From Candidatus Heimdallarchaeota archaeon (GTDB taxonomy: Archaea > Asgardarchaeota > Heimdallarchaeia > Heimdallarchaeales > Heimdallarchaeaceae), in NCBI GenBank assembly GCA_030668875.1, contig DAOVER010000003.1, positions 3,395 through 67,394 on the forward strand: 64,000 nucleotides of DNA. The letters run 5' to 3'. Made by a program: the position numbers and the translations under genes. The notes under the pieces were generated by a model. The model was not told the DNA's origin and ran no database searches. It saw only the letters and a list, made by a program, of their open reading frames with translations. How positions within the stretch are numbered: the first letter of the stretch is position 1; each line of letters opens with the position of its first letter. Below are positions 10,074-20,037 of this stretch, one piece after another.

Positions 10074-12071
10074 GTGAAATCAAATAGTTCTCCCCATTCT
10101 AAATCAAAAGAAGTACATTTTTCAAAAATAACTATTACTGATGAGTTCTGGAAAACAAAGCAGGAAACAAATCGAAACTCAGCTATTTTACATCAATGGG
10201 AACAGTTAGAAAAGTCCAAAACAATAGATAATTTTAGGTGTTTATCCGGGGAAAAGGAAGGATTTAGGACAGGATATTTTTACACAGATTCTGATTCACA
10301 TAAATGGGCAGAAGCTGCTTCTTTAATTCTAACCAATTCTAAATCTAGAAAACTTGAAAAATTAGTTGAAGATTATTTTAACTTAATTGACAAAGTGCAA
10401 GAAGATGATGGTTATATTTTTACTTACAATCAATTTCACTTTCCGGAGCAAAGGTGGAAAAACTTCCAAATTGAGCATGAACTATACTGCTTAGGGCATC
10501 TTATTGAAGCTACATGTGCATATTATTTAGCAACTGGAAATAAAAGAATACTTGAAATTGGAGAAACAGCTGCTAAGCTTGTTATTAATGGCTTGTCAGA
10601 TTTCACAGCCAAGCACACACCAGGACATCCTGAAATAGAAATAGCTTTAATCAAACTTTTTAGAATTACAAAGGAGAAATGTTATTTAGAACTTGCTGAA
10701 AAAATATTAGAAAAAAGAGGTCGAATGAAATTCTTTGTTTTACAAATTCTTAAGGAGAATTTTTCACAATCAAAACGAACAAAACTCGTAGAAAAACAAA
10801 GGAAAACAGCATCTATTGATAGTATGACTAGTGAAACAAAGATTATGTCAGATTTATCAAAAGATGGTCCTTCTGGTCTATTTATACGAACCTATTTACA
10901 ATTTTTGTCTGGTAAGTATTTCCAGCAAAATGCGCCCATAAGGAAACTTAACAAACCAATTGGTCATAGTGTAAGATGGGGATATCTTGCAACTTCTATT
11001 ACAATGTTATTCCAAGAAACAGGTGATGAAAGTTTACTAAATACTCTCGAAGAATCTTGGGATCATATGGTTTGTAAAAGAATGTATGTAACTGGGGGAA
11101 TAGGATCTTTGCCTTTGTCAGAGGGATTTGGTAGAGATTATGAATTGAATAATAGACACGCATATAATGAGACATGTGCTGCCATAAGTTCAATCTATTG
11201 GAGTTGGGAAATGCTCATCGCAACAGGTCAAGCTCAATATGCAGATTTGATGGAGTGGCAATTATATAATGCTTTTCTGGTTGGAATGTCAGAGGATGGA
11301 ACAACTTACTTCTATAGAAATCCGCTTGAAACCAATGGAAATTTTGAAAGAAAACCTTGGTACAAAACAGCTTGTTGCCCCTCAAATATATCTAGAACAT
11401 TAGCTAAAATAGGCCAATATATTTACTCTATAGATGATTCTACGCTGTGGATACATCAATATGTAGGTAGCTCCTTCAATTATGATTTAGAAGATGGCAA
11501 AGTGATTTCTGTATCAATGAAATCCGGATTCCCTTGGAAGGGCAATGTCAAAATAACTATTGACAATGGATCAGAAAAGAAATTAGCTATTAAGTTAAGA
11601 ATTCCTAGCTGGACAAGAAAAGCGTTAATCCTTGTAAATGGAAAGGAAGAAAGTATCCCTGAATTCTGTGAGTTAGACGAGAGTACAGCTTCTGGATACT
11701 CTCCTTACAATTCCTATTATCTACCTTTAGAATTAGATTCAGGAAAATCTGAGATTGAAATGAATCTCCCCATGGAAACTCTCCTAAGGAAATCTGATAA
11801 GAGGGTTAAAGGTAATAGAGGAAAAATAGCTCTTACTCGGGGACCTTTAGTTTATTGCTTTGAAAGTATAGATAATCTAACATCAGATATCCCAGATTCT
11901 AGAATAAATTCCAACATGGTCATTAAAAAATTATCTTCTGATTCAGAAGATAAAGTAGTAATTTTAGGAATAGAAGACCCAAGTGGAGAAGCCCTGAAAG
12001 CAATCCCATACTTTAGCTGGGGGAACAGAGGGAAAACAGCTATGCAAGTATGGATTGATTATGAAAAATAA
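10074..12071 (+). CDS. GH127 / DUF1680 family glycoside hydrolase (beta-L-arabinofuranosidase-like)
   Basis: NETCAAI and ACCPSN motifs match the Glu/Cys and Cys-Cys zinc site of GH127 HypBA1; about 660 aa. Confidence 0.5.
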   Translation: MKSNSSPHSKSKEVHFSKITITDEFWKTKQETNRNSAILHQWEQLEKSKTIDNFRCLSGEKEGFRTGYFYTDSDSHKWAEAASLILTNSKSRKLEKLVEDYFNLIDKVQEDDGYIFTYNQFHFPEQRWKNFQIEHELYCLGHLIEATCAYYLATGNKRILEIGETAAKLVINGLSDFTAKHTPGHPEIEIALIKLFRITKEKCYLELAEKILEKRGRMKFFVLQILKENFSQSKRTKLVEKQRKTASIDSMTSETKIMSDLSKDGPSGLFIRTYLQFLSGKYFQQNAPIRKLNKPIGHSVRWGYLATSITMLFQETGDESLLNTLEESWDHMVCKRMYVTGGIGSLPLSEGFGRDYELNNRHAYNETCAAISSIYWSWEMLIATGQAQYADLMEWQLYNAFLVGMSEDGTTYFYRNPLETNGNFERKPWYKTACCPSNISRTLAKIGQYIYSIDDSTLWIHQYVGSSFNYDLEDGKVISVSMKSGFPWKGNVKITIDNGSEKKLAIKLRIPSWTRKALILVNGKEESIPEFCELDESTASGYSPYNSYYLPLELDSGKSEIEMNLPMETLLRKSDKRVKGNRGKIALTRGPLVYCFESIDNLTSDIPDSRINSNMVIKKLSSDSEDKVVILGIEDPSGEALKAIPYFSWGNRGKTAMQVWIDYEK

Positions 12072-12160
12072 ATACTTGAGAAAGATGATTTCTTCTCTCT
12101 TATATTACCACTAATTTTATATTTAACTATGTTTCAGCTTTTTCGATTAGGTGACTTTTA

Positions 12161-12970
12161 GTGATAGAGAAGAAGACCATCTTAGTAACAGGTGCTGCAA
12201 ATGGTATTGGTAAGTCAATTTCCCTGTATCTTGCATCAAAGGATTATTTTGTTTTTGCAACAGATGTTGATGAGAAAGGATTGAAATCTCTTGAAAAAAT
12301 AGAGAATATCAAATCTATTAATCTAAATATTAGTAATTCATCAGAAATTGATAGAGCAGTTAACGAAATAACAAATATTACAGCAGGTTTAGATGGTTTA
12401 GTTAATAGCGCAGGAATCTTTATTGGAGGACCCATGCTAGAAATTTCAATTGAAGATATGCGCGCAATTCTAGAGACAAATGTTCTTGGAATGATTGATT
12501 TGACACAAAAATTCTATCCTCTTCTACAGAAAAGAAAAGGGAAAATAATCAATCTTAGCTCAGAGGTAGGTAGATTTTCCTATCCTTTTAATGGTCCATA
12601 CGGTATCTCAAAATATGCTGTTGAAGCCTATTCAGATTCACTTAGAAGAGAATTAATGTTTAAAGGAATGAAAGTTATTAAGATACAACCTGGTGCATTT
12701 GACACTCAATTTATGACAGAAACAGAAGTTGAATACAAAAAGCTTATTGAAAAATCAAAGTTTAAAAATCAATTATCACGAATTTTGCCAGTTCTAGCGA
12801 AAGAGAAAAGGAAAAGTTCCAATCCCATTGTTATAGCAAAACTTGTTCACAAGATCATGAAAAAGAAATATCCACGCAGCTGCTATAAGGTTAAGAACAA
12901 CAGATCTAGAATCATTTTGGAGTATCTTCCAACATCTTTAGCTGATTTCTTAATAAAACATTTCATCTAA
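12161..12970 (+). CDS. Short-chain dehydrogenase/reductase (SDR)
   Basis: ILVTGAANGIGKSI (TGxxxGxG) and YGISKYAVEAY (YxxxK). Confidence 0.75.
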   Translation: MIEKKTILVTGAANGIGKSISLYLASKDYFVFATDVDEKGLKSLEKIENIKSINLNISNSSEIDRAVNEITNITAGLDGLVNSAGIFIGGPMLEISIEDMRAILETNVLGMIDLTQKFYPLLQKRKGKIINLSSEVGRFSYPFNGPYGISKYAVEAYSDSLRRELMFKGMKVIKIQPGAFDTQFMTETEVEYKKLIEKSKFKNQLSRILPVLAKEKRKSSNPIVIAKLVHKIMKKKYPRSCYKVKNNRSRIILEYLPTSLADFLIKHFI

Positions 12971-13017
12971 TATTTTTGCTAATAACATTTAAAATAAACT
13001 AAAGAAATTTTCTCTCT

Positions 13018-13803
13018 ATGGCAATGGAACATATTGTTGCACGTTTGTTTGATATGGATTTTATTTATTTTGATTTGCTTTTTTGTGCATTATGGATGAC
13101 AATTCTTCTAATAAGAAAAAAGCGTTTACAATGGGTATTTGGTCTTTTTGGTGCAGTTATTGTATTCATTTCTGACGATTTAGTATGGTATCATTTGCAA
13201 GGAACAAGAGTATTAGAAACTGTTCCCTTTAACAATGATCTCTTCTTACTCTACTTTTCTTTCACTTATGGTATGATAGAGTTTTCATATGTTGCTACAA
13301 TGATTTCTGCAAAGAATTGGAAGACTATGTTATCATGGTCTCTGTTTCTCTATGGTGGTTGGTTTGCAACGGGTTTTCTTTCAAATTGGTTGCATATAGA
13401 TGATAGAATTATTGACATCCATAGGGAAATGACTGAAATTGGAAGATGGATTCAAATTGCGATGGTTGTAGGAGGCTATCTCCTCCTTATTTTATTCAAA
13501 TATAAATGGAAACCATTTAAAAATCTATCATGGTTAAAACTCGGATATCTATTTCTTGTTGGTTTTTTAGTCCATTTTGGAATGGAGATAACTTTACTTG
13601 CAGCAGGTATTCGACCTTTGGATGGTTCTCTTGTCATTCTCATTTTTAACAGCTTTCTTGAATTTAACTCAGGGGTACCAGTAATTTTTATCGCTTGGAC
13701 TTTGTTAGAAAACAGAGGAAGTAGCATGGAATCAGATGATTTACATTTAGAATCAGCTGAGTTAAGTGTATCAACAACAATAAAAAAGAGTAAGATTGAG
13801 TGA
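13018..13803 (+). CDS. Polytopic membrane protein, hypothetical. Its 3' end is duplicated as a remnant at 16293..16535.
   Basis: Multiple TM segments; C-terminal tail WTLLENRGSSMESDDLHLESAELS. Confidence 0.4.
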   Translation: MAMEHIVARLFDMDFIYFDLLFCALWMTILLIRKKRLQWVFGLFGAVIVFISDDLVWYHLQGTRVLETVPFNNDLFLLYFSFTYGMIEFSYVATMISAKNWKTMLSWSLFLYGGWFATGFLSNWLHIDDRIIDIHREMTEIGRWIQIAMVVGGYLLLILFKYKWKPFKNLSWLKLGYLFLVGFLVHFGMEITLLAAGIRPLDGSLVILIFNSFLEFNSGVPVIFIAWTLLENRGSSMESDDLHLESAELSVSTTIKKSKIE

Positions 13804-13889
13804 AAGAAACAAATCCATCTCTCTGCTATTTCCAGATTCTTAATCGCTAGTTTACTTAAACACAGGAATTTCTTTGACAGAGGTAGAAT

Positions 13890-15206
13890 CTATTTGTGTT
13901 GAGAAGAATTGCTTTTTACTTTCTTTTTAAACAAATAAACTAACATAGCAAATGTCAAAGATAAAATTAGAAGAATATATGTAGAATTAATTTTGCATAT
14001 ATAAGGTGAATTCGGAGGCTGAACAACTGTTATATTGTCATTCATTAAATTCAATAGGTCACATTCATAAAATGTCTCTAGAGCAAAAACTGTATCATCT
14101 ACCCATACAAATGTTGTATAATTATCCCAAAATGTTGGAAAACCTCCATAGACTTCATCTTGTGAGTTTTTAATATCTATACACAGCTCTAAAGTTTCTG
14201 GGGAGATCTCGCTTAAACTGAGGTTATTTTCCCATGCGAATTGTATAAAACCATGAATTGATCGCACACGATGTGAAAATCCCTCATAGAGATTATATTC
14301 ATCGTAAACCATCAAATACATTTTTGTCAAATAAGGAATAAGTTCCTGAATAGTTGAAACATTAATTGTTTCTAATTGATTTGTGTAAGAAAGATATGTA
14401 TAGGCATCTAATGTTGAAATAATATTTAGCGAATCCGGTAAAAGAGGGTCTTGAAAGAAACCATTGCCTAGATATTGACTTAAAACGTATTGTGTACTTA
14501 ATGTCCAATTTATTGAATCCAAACTTTCAAACTCTGAAAGGAGCAAATATGCAGATTTTACAGCGGGAATACTCGCAGGTACATTATCAAATGGACGAAA
14601 TGAACCATCTGGTAAAAAATCATCCAAAGTCCAAGATATAAAATCCTCAATATAAACAATGTCTGTAGCGTTCAATTTCTCTAGAAGGGAAAATGTTAAC
14701 CATAAATCACTTGGACCATGTTCATTCTCTCCTTCTTCCCCATGACTAGAATCATACAAATATCCCTCAATGTAATTAATTATTGAATTTGTGTCCAACT
14801 TGCTTAACTCATTTAATAAAAATAAAGTTGAAACCGCATAATACGTCGAAAAAATATCTGATGCCATTTTAGTAGCTCCAAAAATTTGGTAAAACTGTCG
14901 AAAAGGAATTGGAGAAAAACCTCCATCTTTGTTATGTCCACTCAAGATATAATTAATTGCAGCTTCATAGCTACTCATTGTGACATTATTCAGAGTAAAA
15001 TCATATTCCAAAAAATTATTGCTTTCCCTAATTAATTTTGTTGTTAAAAAAATGGTTGAAATTATCAAAAATATGAAAACCAACGTTGCTATAAAGGTAT
15101 ATTTTCTTTTCCAAGTGATCTGTTTGTATTTTTTGATAAAAAAATTCTGGTTTAATGATGGTTTCTTATGTTCTTTAGAAAATGAAGTCTTTTTTTCCAT
15201 CTTCAT
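13890..15206 (-). CDS. Membrane-anchored extracellular protein with possible alpha/alpha-toroid (prenyltransferase / squalene-cyclase-like) repeats
   Basis: N-terminal and C-terminal TM segments; HNKDGGFSP and LPDGSFRPF resemble the QxxDGGF repeats. Confidence 0.3.
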   Translation of the reverse strand: MKMEKKTSFSKEHKKPSLNQNFFIKKYKQITWKRKYTFIATLVFIFLIISTIFLTTKLIRESNNFLEYDFTLNNVTMSSYEAAINYILSGHNKDGGFSPIPFRQFYQIFGATKMASDIFSTYYAVSTLFLLNELSKLDTNSIINYIEGYLYDSSHGEEGENEHGPSDLWLTFSLLEKLNATDIVYIEDFISWTLDDFLPDGSFRPFDNVPASIPAVKSAYLLLSEFESLDSINWTLSTQYVLSQYLGNGFFQDPLLPDSLNIISTLDAYTYLSYTNQLETINVSTIQELIPYLTKMYLMVYDEYNLYEGFSHRVRSIHGFIQFAWENNLSLSEISPETLELCIDIKNSQDEVYGGFPTFWDNYTTFVWVDDTVFALETFYECDLLNLMNDNITVVQPPNSPYICKINSTYILLILSLTFAMLVYLFKKKVKSNSSQHK

Positions 15207-15245
15207 TAAACCTTTTCATACTTCTATAGCTAACTATTGTTTAAC

Positions 15246-16274
15246 TTATAGATATAATTTGTTATTCGGATCGAAATCCATCATGCCCATATAAAATTCT
15301 AAACTGAGTTCAAGAGATATTAATATAATGAGGATGCACACAAGAATAATTATAATCGCAATTGCTGCTAAGAAAGCTAAGGTTGTTGGAAAACCACAAA
15401 GGGATCCTAAAGCTTCTGCTGCAGTTTGAATCCAACCATAAACACCTAATGCTGCAACGTATAACCCTTGAGTTGCCACTGTAAAAAGTAGTTCTGTGAG
15501 AACTATTATATTAAGACATATTAATGCCATATAGATTATAGCTGCCAAAGCTGTAGCTCTATTGAATTCATAGTGTGTCTTGGTAAAGGAATCTTCAACA
15601 GACATAAACTCATTAAATACATTGTTATAGAAAATATTGGCTAATTCTCTCTCAACTTCAATTATCTGTTCTCCTGAGTAACCTATAACAACTTTAGCTC
15701 CTAAACTATTGAAACCTTGTGCTAATCGATAATCTAATGTGCTTTCTGTTCCAAAAGAGTAACAGCTTGAAAGATAAACGAAACGTAAATTCCTATCTGG
15801 AGTTGACCTTGCTAGTTCTTCTAAGTTATACTTATTAGCTACTTCATAGTTACGCATTATTAGTGCTGGACCATTTGAGGTATAAGCTCCGTGTCCAATG
15901 AAGTTCATTGTTAAATAAGTACTTTTGGAATTTGCATAGCTAAGATCTTCTATGAATGCACTAGTGGATGTTGCTGTTGATGCACGTCTGTAATAACCAT
16001 CATTACTGAAAAATGTATCTACTTCATAAACTTCACCAAGTCTAACATCATCTGTGTAACTGGATAAAAGTGTACCAAAATGATACTCAGGATCAGCACC
16101 TCCTCCTCCTCCACCTTCTCCAGGATCTAATCCTATTGGACCGGGTATTCCCCAAGTTTTGATATTCCCTCTAGCTTTATTCTTTAAGATACTAATGTAT
16201 GTCTCACTAAATATTTTTGGTGAAAAAACATAAAAACTTTTGCTAATATTTGTGTTTTCAAGTATAAATAGCGA
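15246..16274 (-). pseudogene. Clan CD (gingipain/clostripain-like) cysteine peptidase, 5'-truncated. The frame is open from a TAG at 16275-16277 but has no start codon until the ATG at 15908.
   Basis: His-Gly dyad FIGHGAY and catalytic-Cys-like VYLSSCYSFG; I translated the upstream 97 codons in frame (..TWGIPGPIGLDPGEGGGGGGADPEYHFG..) and found no ATG, GTG or TTG. Confidence 0.5.
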
Positions 16275-16292
16275 CTAGATTTTTCGATAGTT

Positions 16293-16535
16293 TTGTTCTA
16301 TGTTGTAACTACTAAGGAAGGAAAAGAGAACATCAATAATAGAGTAAGAGAAAATCATATTTTTGTTGGAGAAGAGCAGTCGAAAAGAAGATTTGACAAA
16401 ACTATTGACTATTTATACCAGAGAATTCACCTATCTTGGACTGTATTAAAAAACAGAGGAATCAGTACGAGATCAGATGATCTTCATATAAAATCAGCTG
16501 AAACAAGTGAATTAACGAAATTAAAAAAGGAATAA
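16293..16535 (+). pseudogene. Remnant copy of the 3' end of gene 13018..13803
   Basis: WTVLKNRGISTRSDDLHIKSAE matches WTLLENRGSSMESDDLHLESAE; the DNA similarity runs about 40 bp past the stop to ctctctg(c/t)tatt (13690-13845 vs 16430-16575). Confidence 0.5.
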
Positions 16536-16567
16536 GATTGAGAGAAATAAACAAATCAATCTCTCTG

Positions 16568-17455
16568 TTATTTATACGCATCTACAGCTGAATCAGGGAT
16601 TTTCATTATCCCTAATCCGAAGACATAGGGTCCTACATGGCATAGAATATTTGCTCCAATAGGTTCGTAGAAGAAATACAATGGTTTGAATTGCTTATTT
16701 ATTTCCTCTGAAAAAGCCATGATCTCAGGATTATCAAGACCATACATAATAACCATAACATGGTTCACAAATTCTTTTGAGTACTGCTCTGCAATAGCTC
16801 GAAATTTATCCATACCCTCACTATAATTCTTGACTGTTCCAGCTGAAGTTATCTCTCCATCTTTCACAATAAGATGAGGTTTCAAACCCATTATAGTCCC
16901 CAATAGACTCTTTGCAGCTCCTATTCTTCCTCCTCTGCGTAGATATTCTAATGTATCTACCATGAAATGTAATTGGATATTCTTTTTCATTTCATTAATT
17001 TCATCTATGACAGTTTCAATAGGAATCCCTTGGTCTCTTCTTCTTATAGCATGATCAATCAGTAGGGATTGACCCCATGAAACAGTTTCGGTATCGACTG
17101 TGATGAAATCATCAGTCTTAAGACGTTTAGCAGTCATAATCGCATTCTGTAATGTTGCAGACATTTTAGCGCTGATTCCTAAATAGAGCACTTTCTCATA
17201 TTTTTTCAAAGCTGCTCTTATCACTTGATCAAAATCTATAGGAGGAGCAACTGATGTTGATGTTTTAGCTTTAACATTAATCATTTTATCAATAATTTCT
17301 TCTCTTGTAATATTATCTCGATCTATGTATTCTGTATCTCCAATCATTATTCTTGTTCTGATTAGAATTAAATCATGTTTCTTCATATAATCAAGACTAA
17401 AATCTGCACCAGAATCAGTCATGATACCAAATTTGTGGGTCATAGCTAGAAACAT
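16568..17455 (-). CDS. DegV-family (fatty-acid-binding, EDD-fold) protein
   Basis: N-terminal FGIMTDSGADFSLDY resembles the DegV TDSxxDL motif; size is typical. Confidence 0.65.
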   Translation of the reverse strand: MFLAMTHKFGIMTDSGADFSLDYMKKHDLILIRTRIMIGDTEYIDRDNITREEIIDKMINVKAKTSTSVAPPIDFDQVIRAALKKYEKVLYLGISAKMSATLQNAIMTAKRLKTDDFITVDTETVSWGQSLLIDHAIRRRDQGIPIETVIDEINEMKKNIQLHFMVDTLEYLRRGGRIGAAKSLLGTIMGLKPHLIVKDGEITSAGTVKNYSEGMDKFRAIAEQYSKEFVNHVMVIMYGLDNPEIMAFSEEINKQFKPLYFFYEPIGANILCHVGPYVFGLGIMKIPDSAVDAYK

Positions 17456-17573
17456 CTTGGAGTAGTATAAAAATTATTACTTAAAATGTATAAACTAATC
17501 TGTCTTTTCTTCAGACATAACCTTTCCAATTTAACTGAAAACATTTATATCTCTGATATACACTTCATTCTAT

Positions 17574-18041
17574 ATGGGAAAAGGATTAACAGCATTTTTG
17601 ATAATATTTTTTGTTATTTTAGCAGCTGGGGGTGTAATTGGCGTTGACATTTACATGAGTTATAAGGATGTTGAAGTAAATTATGATCAATTCACAATTG
17701 GTACTCCTACGTTTGACATAAGTTCAGATAATACTACAGTTACTGTCACAGCAACGGTAGGGACACCTAAGCTAGGATATATCCCTAAATCTATTAGATT
17801 AGATATACAGTTGAAAAAAGGTGGAACTAACTACGGAGATCTCCAACAAATAACCATCAAACTAGGAGAATCTGCGCCTGTCGAATTCGTGTTTGTTCTT
17901 ACATCAGCTGATGTATCAAATGTAGGCTCAGGAGGAACAATAACTATTACAATAGAAATTTCAGCTGTGCCAATCTATTTTGGTATTCCACTGACATTTC
18001 TAACTCAAGATTTACCTCCAACAGACATAATAATACCTTAA
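17574..18041 (+). CDS. Membrane-anchored hypothetical protein
   Basis: N-terminal TM, then a T/V-rich beta-strand region. Confidence 0.3.
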   Translation: MGKGLTAFLIIFFVILAAGGVIGVDIYMSYKDVEVNYDQFTIGTPTFDISSDNTTVTVTATVGTPKLGYIPKSIRLDIQLKKGGTNYGDLQQITIKLGESAPVEFVFVLTSADVSNVGSGGTITITIEISAVPIYFGIPLTFLTQDLPPTDIIIP

Positions 18042-18121
18042 GAATAGAACATTGTAATGTTCCAAACCTTCTTTTTTTCTTTTTTGAATAAGTTTTTAAC
18101 TATATCTAATTATTTGCGATT

Positions 18122-18382
18122 GTGACTATTGTAGCTAACCATCTCAAGTGTGACTGTGCTAAAGTTGTGAAAATAGCTTCATGCCCCCGTCCCATTATTT
18201 CACCTACACTAGAACAAGATAATTCCTATTTTCACTGTCCTTATTGCAAACTTGATTATACTTGTAGTCAAGCTGTAAAAACTGTTCATGAAAAAGATAA
18301 ATATGGTTATCCACAATTGAAAAAGACAGTTTGTAGAAAATGTGGAACTGAAGTTGAAAGAAGAAAATGGCCTAATGATTAG
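18122..18382 (+). CDS. Small Cys-rich putative zinc-binding protein, paralog of 1798..2121
   Basis: HLKCDCAKVV...CP...HCPYCKLDY.C...CRKCGTEVE..WP; same Cys/His spacing as the 1798 ORF. Confidence 0.5.
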   Translation: MTIVANHLKCDCAKVVKIASCPRPIISPTLEQDNSYFHCPYCKLDYTCSQAVKTVHEKDKYGYPQLKKTVCRKCGTEVERRKWPND

Positions 18383-19835
18383 GGTTATTTTTATTTGAAC
18401 CAATTCTTTCAAGTTTTATGTTAAAAACAGCTCCTGAAGGCTTATTGTCTTCAACTGAAATACACCCACCGAATTTTGCTAAAGTTAATTTTGCCAGATA
18501 TAATCCCATACCACTTGTGCCTCCTTTATTCCCTTGAAAATTCTTCAAAAAGATTTGGTTTTTCAAACCATCTGGTACTCCTATCCCATTATCGATTATT
18601 TTTAGAATTACAGTACTATTCATTTCCTCGACAATTATAGAAACTTGAACTGAATCTGAGTTTTGTTGGAATGCGTTTTGAACTACATTTAATACTATTG
18701 GAAAAAGTAATTTGTTAGCTTTAACATACACTGGTTCAGCTGGCAGAGTTAGATTTACACCATTAAAAGCTCTTTGAATTCCATCTAATATATTAAGATT
18801 AGTGGGTTGAATTTTTAATGAATTCAAAATATGAGTTGGTGTTTCAAATTTCTTCTGTCTCTCTTCCATCAAACCTACTCTATTATTGATCATATCCAGA
18901 AAACTAGTTTCTGAGGTTTCGTCATACAATTCCATTGCATTATTAATGACACTCAGATCATTTTGAAGATCGTGAAACCATAATTCAGTAACAGTAAGCA
19001 AATCTTTGGATAAATACTCTATCTCTTCATATCTTTGTTTGTAAAACTCTCTCTCCATATCGATATCTCTCATTGACTGAATTTTGAAATCAGGATTAAA
19101 CGTAGCTATAAGCGCCGTTATCATTGTTGAATAGAAAATAAAATTCAGTACATCGGGTGTTAAAACCTGTAATTCTTCTTGTATCGCCATGGAATACACA
19201 CTAGAAAGATCTCTGAAAAGCATAATTAGAAATCCTGCTGTTATAAATAACCAATGATAACCATATTTCATTCTAGAATATAACACCATTAGGATAATAA
19301 GTACAACAAAGGAAATAAGTTCAACTATTATAAAAGTTACAAATACTGCTAATTCAGAAGTTGTGATATGTTGACCTAACTTTCCATAAGAATAGTAAAG
19401 TGTCGGGGATACAATGACTGTAGATAGGCTGACAATTGCTATTCCAATGAAAAATAATGCTTTTGTTATATACTTATAATCTTTGATTATTCTATCAATA
19501 GAAATCCCTAAGAAAGGGAAATACGCTGCAATGTGGAAGATTGTCCAGTAATTTAAAGTTAATATTGTTGGATTCTCATTTAAGTAATAATCGAAAAACT
19601 CGAAAATAAGAAGCATTATCAATGAAAAAGTTATAGCAATACTAAAGATTCTTGTATCCTTGTTTTTTGCCTTGAAAATTGTTATTATACCTAAAATCCC
19701 CCCTACAGTAGGCAGAAAGAAACTTAATGCGTATATATAGAGATAGCTGTATAAACCCCAAAGCCTAATTATCATAGGTATGACACTCATGATATACATA
19801 GTTGCCCATATTGAAGCTAGTACTCTAGTGCGCAA
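18372..19835 (-). CDS. Membrane sensor histidine kinase (orphan)
   Basis: About 7 TM helices; H-box-like ELWFHDLQNDLSV; HATPase_c motifs IIDNGIGVP (G1) and GGTSGMGLYLAK (G2). Confidence 0.7.
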   Translation of the reverse strand: MRTRVLASIWATMYIMSVIPMIIRLWGLYSYLYIYALSFFLPTVGGILGIITIFKAKNKDTRIFSIAITFSLIMLLIFEFFDYYLNENPTILTLNYWTIFHIAAYFPFLGISIDRIIKDYKYITKALFFIGIAIVSLSTVIVSPTLYYSYGKLGQHITTSELAVFVTFIIVELISFVVLIILMVLYSRMKYGYHWLFITAGFLIMLFRDLSSVYSMAIQEELQVLTPDVLNFIFYSTMITALIATFNPDFKIQSMRDIDMEREFYKQRYEEIEYLSKDLLTVTELWFHDLQNDLSVINNAMELYDETSETSFLDMINNRVGLMEERQKKFETPTHILNSLKIQPTNLNILDGIQRAFNGVNLTLPAEPVYVKANKLLFPIVLNVVQNAFQQNSDSVQVSIIVEEMNSTVILKIIDNGIGVPDGLKNQIFLKNFQGNKGGTSGMGLYLAKLTLAKFGGCISVEDNKPSGAVFNIKLERIGSNKNNPNH

Positions 19836-19890
19836 AAAAACACCCTTACTTACCTCTCTTCAACAATATTTAAACCCTTATCATAAAGGC

Positions 19891-19938
19891 AAGAAACCTG
19901 ATGGAGTAGCGACTAAACATATGAACATTGGGATGCTA
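19891..19938 (+). repeat. Decayed copy of the 3' end of the downstream lipid kinase gene (compare 21019-21067)
   Basis: aagaaacctgatggagtagcgactaaacatatgaacattgggatgcta vs aaaaaacccgatggtgtggctactaaacatatgaaacattgggatgcta. Confidence 0.6.
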
Positions 19939-20037
19939 TAATGTGACAGGAGAAAAACCAGTAAACACTTATGCGTTAATCTCAATTTGAGCAGTAAATC
20001 TGTAAAGGTTTATTTACAACCTTTTTTTTCTTAAGCT

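Noticed and set aside
13690-16575. Interpretation of the direct repeats as attL/attR of a recently integrated element
   Set aside because: The repeats are only about 75% identical and no integrase lies between them. An old duplication or rearrangement is more likely than a recent site-specific integration, and it is reported that way.
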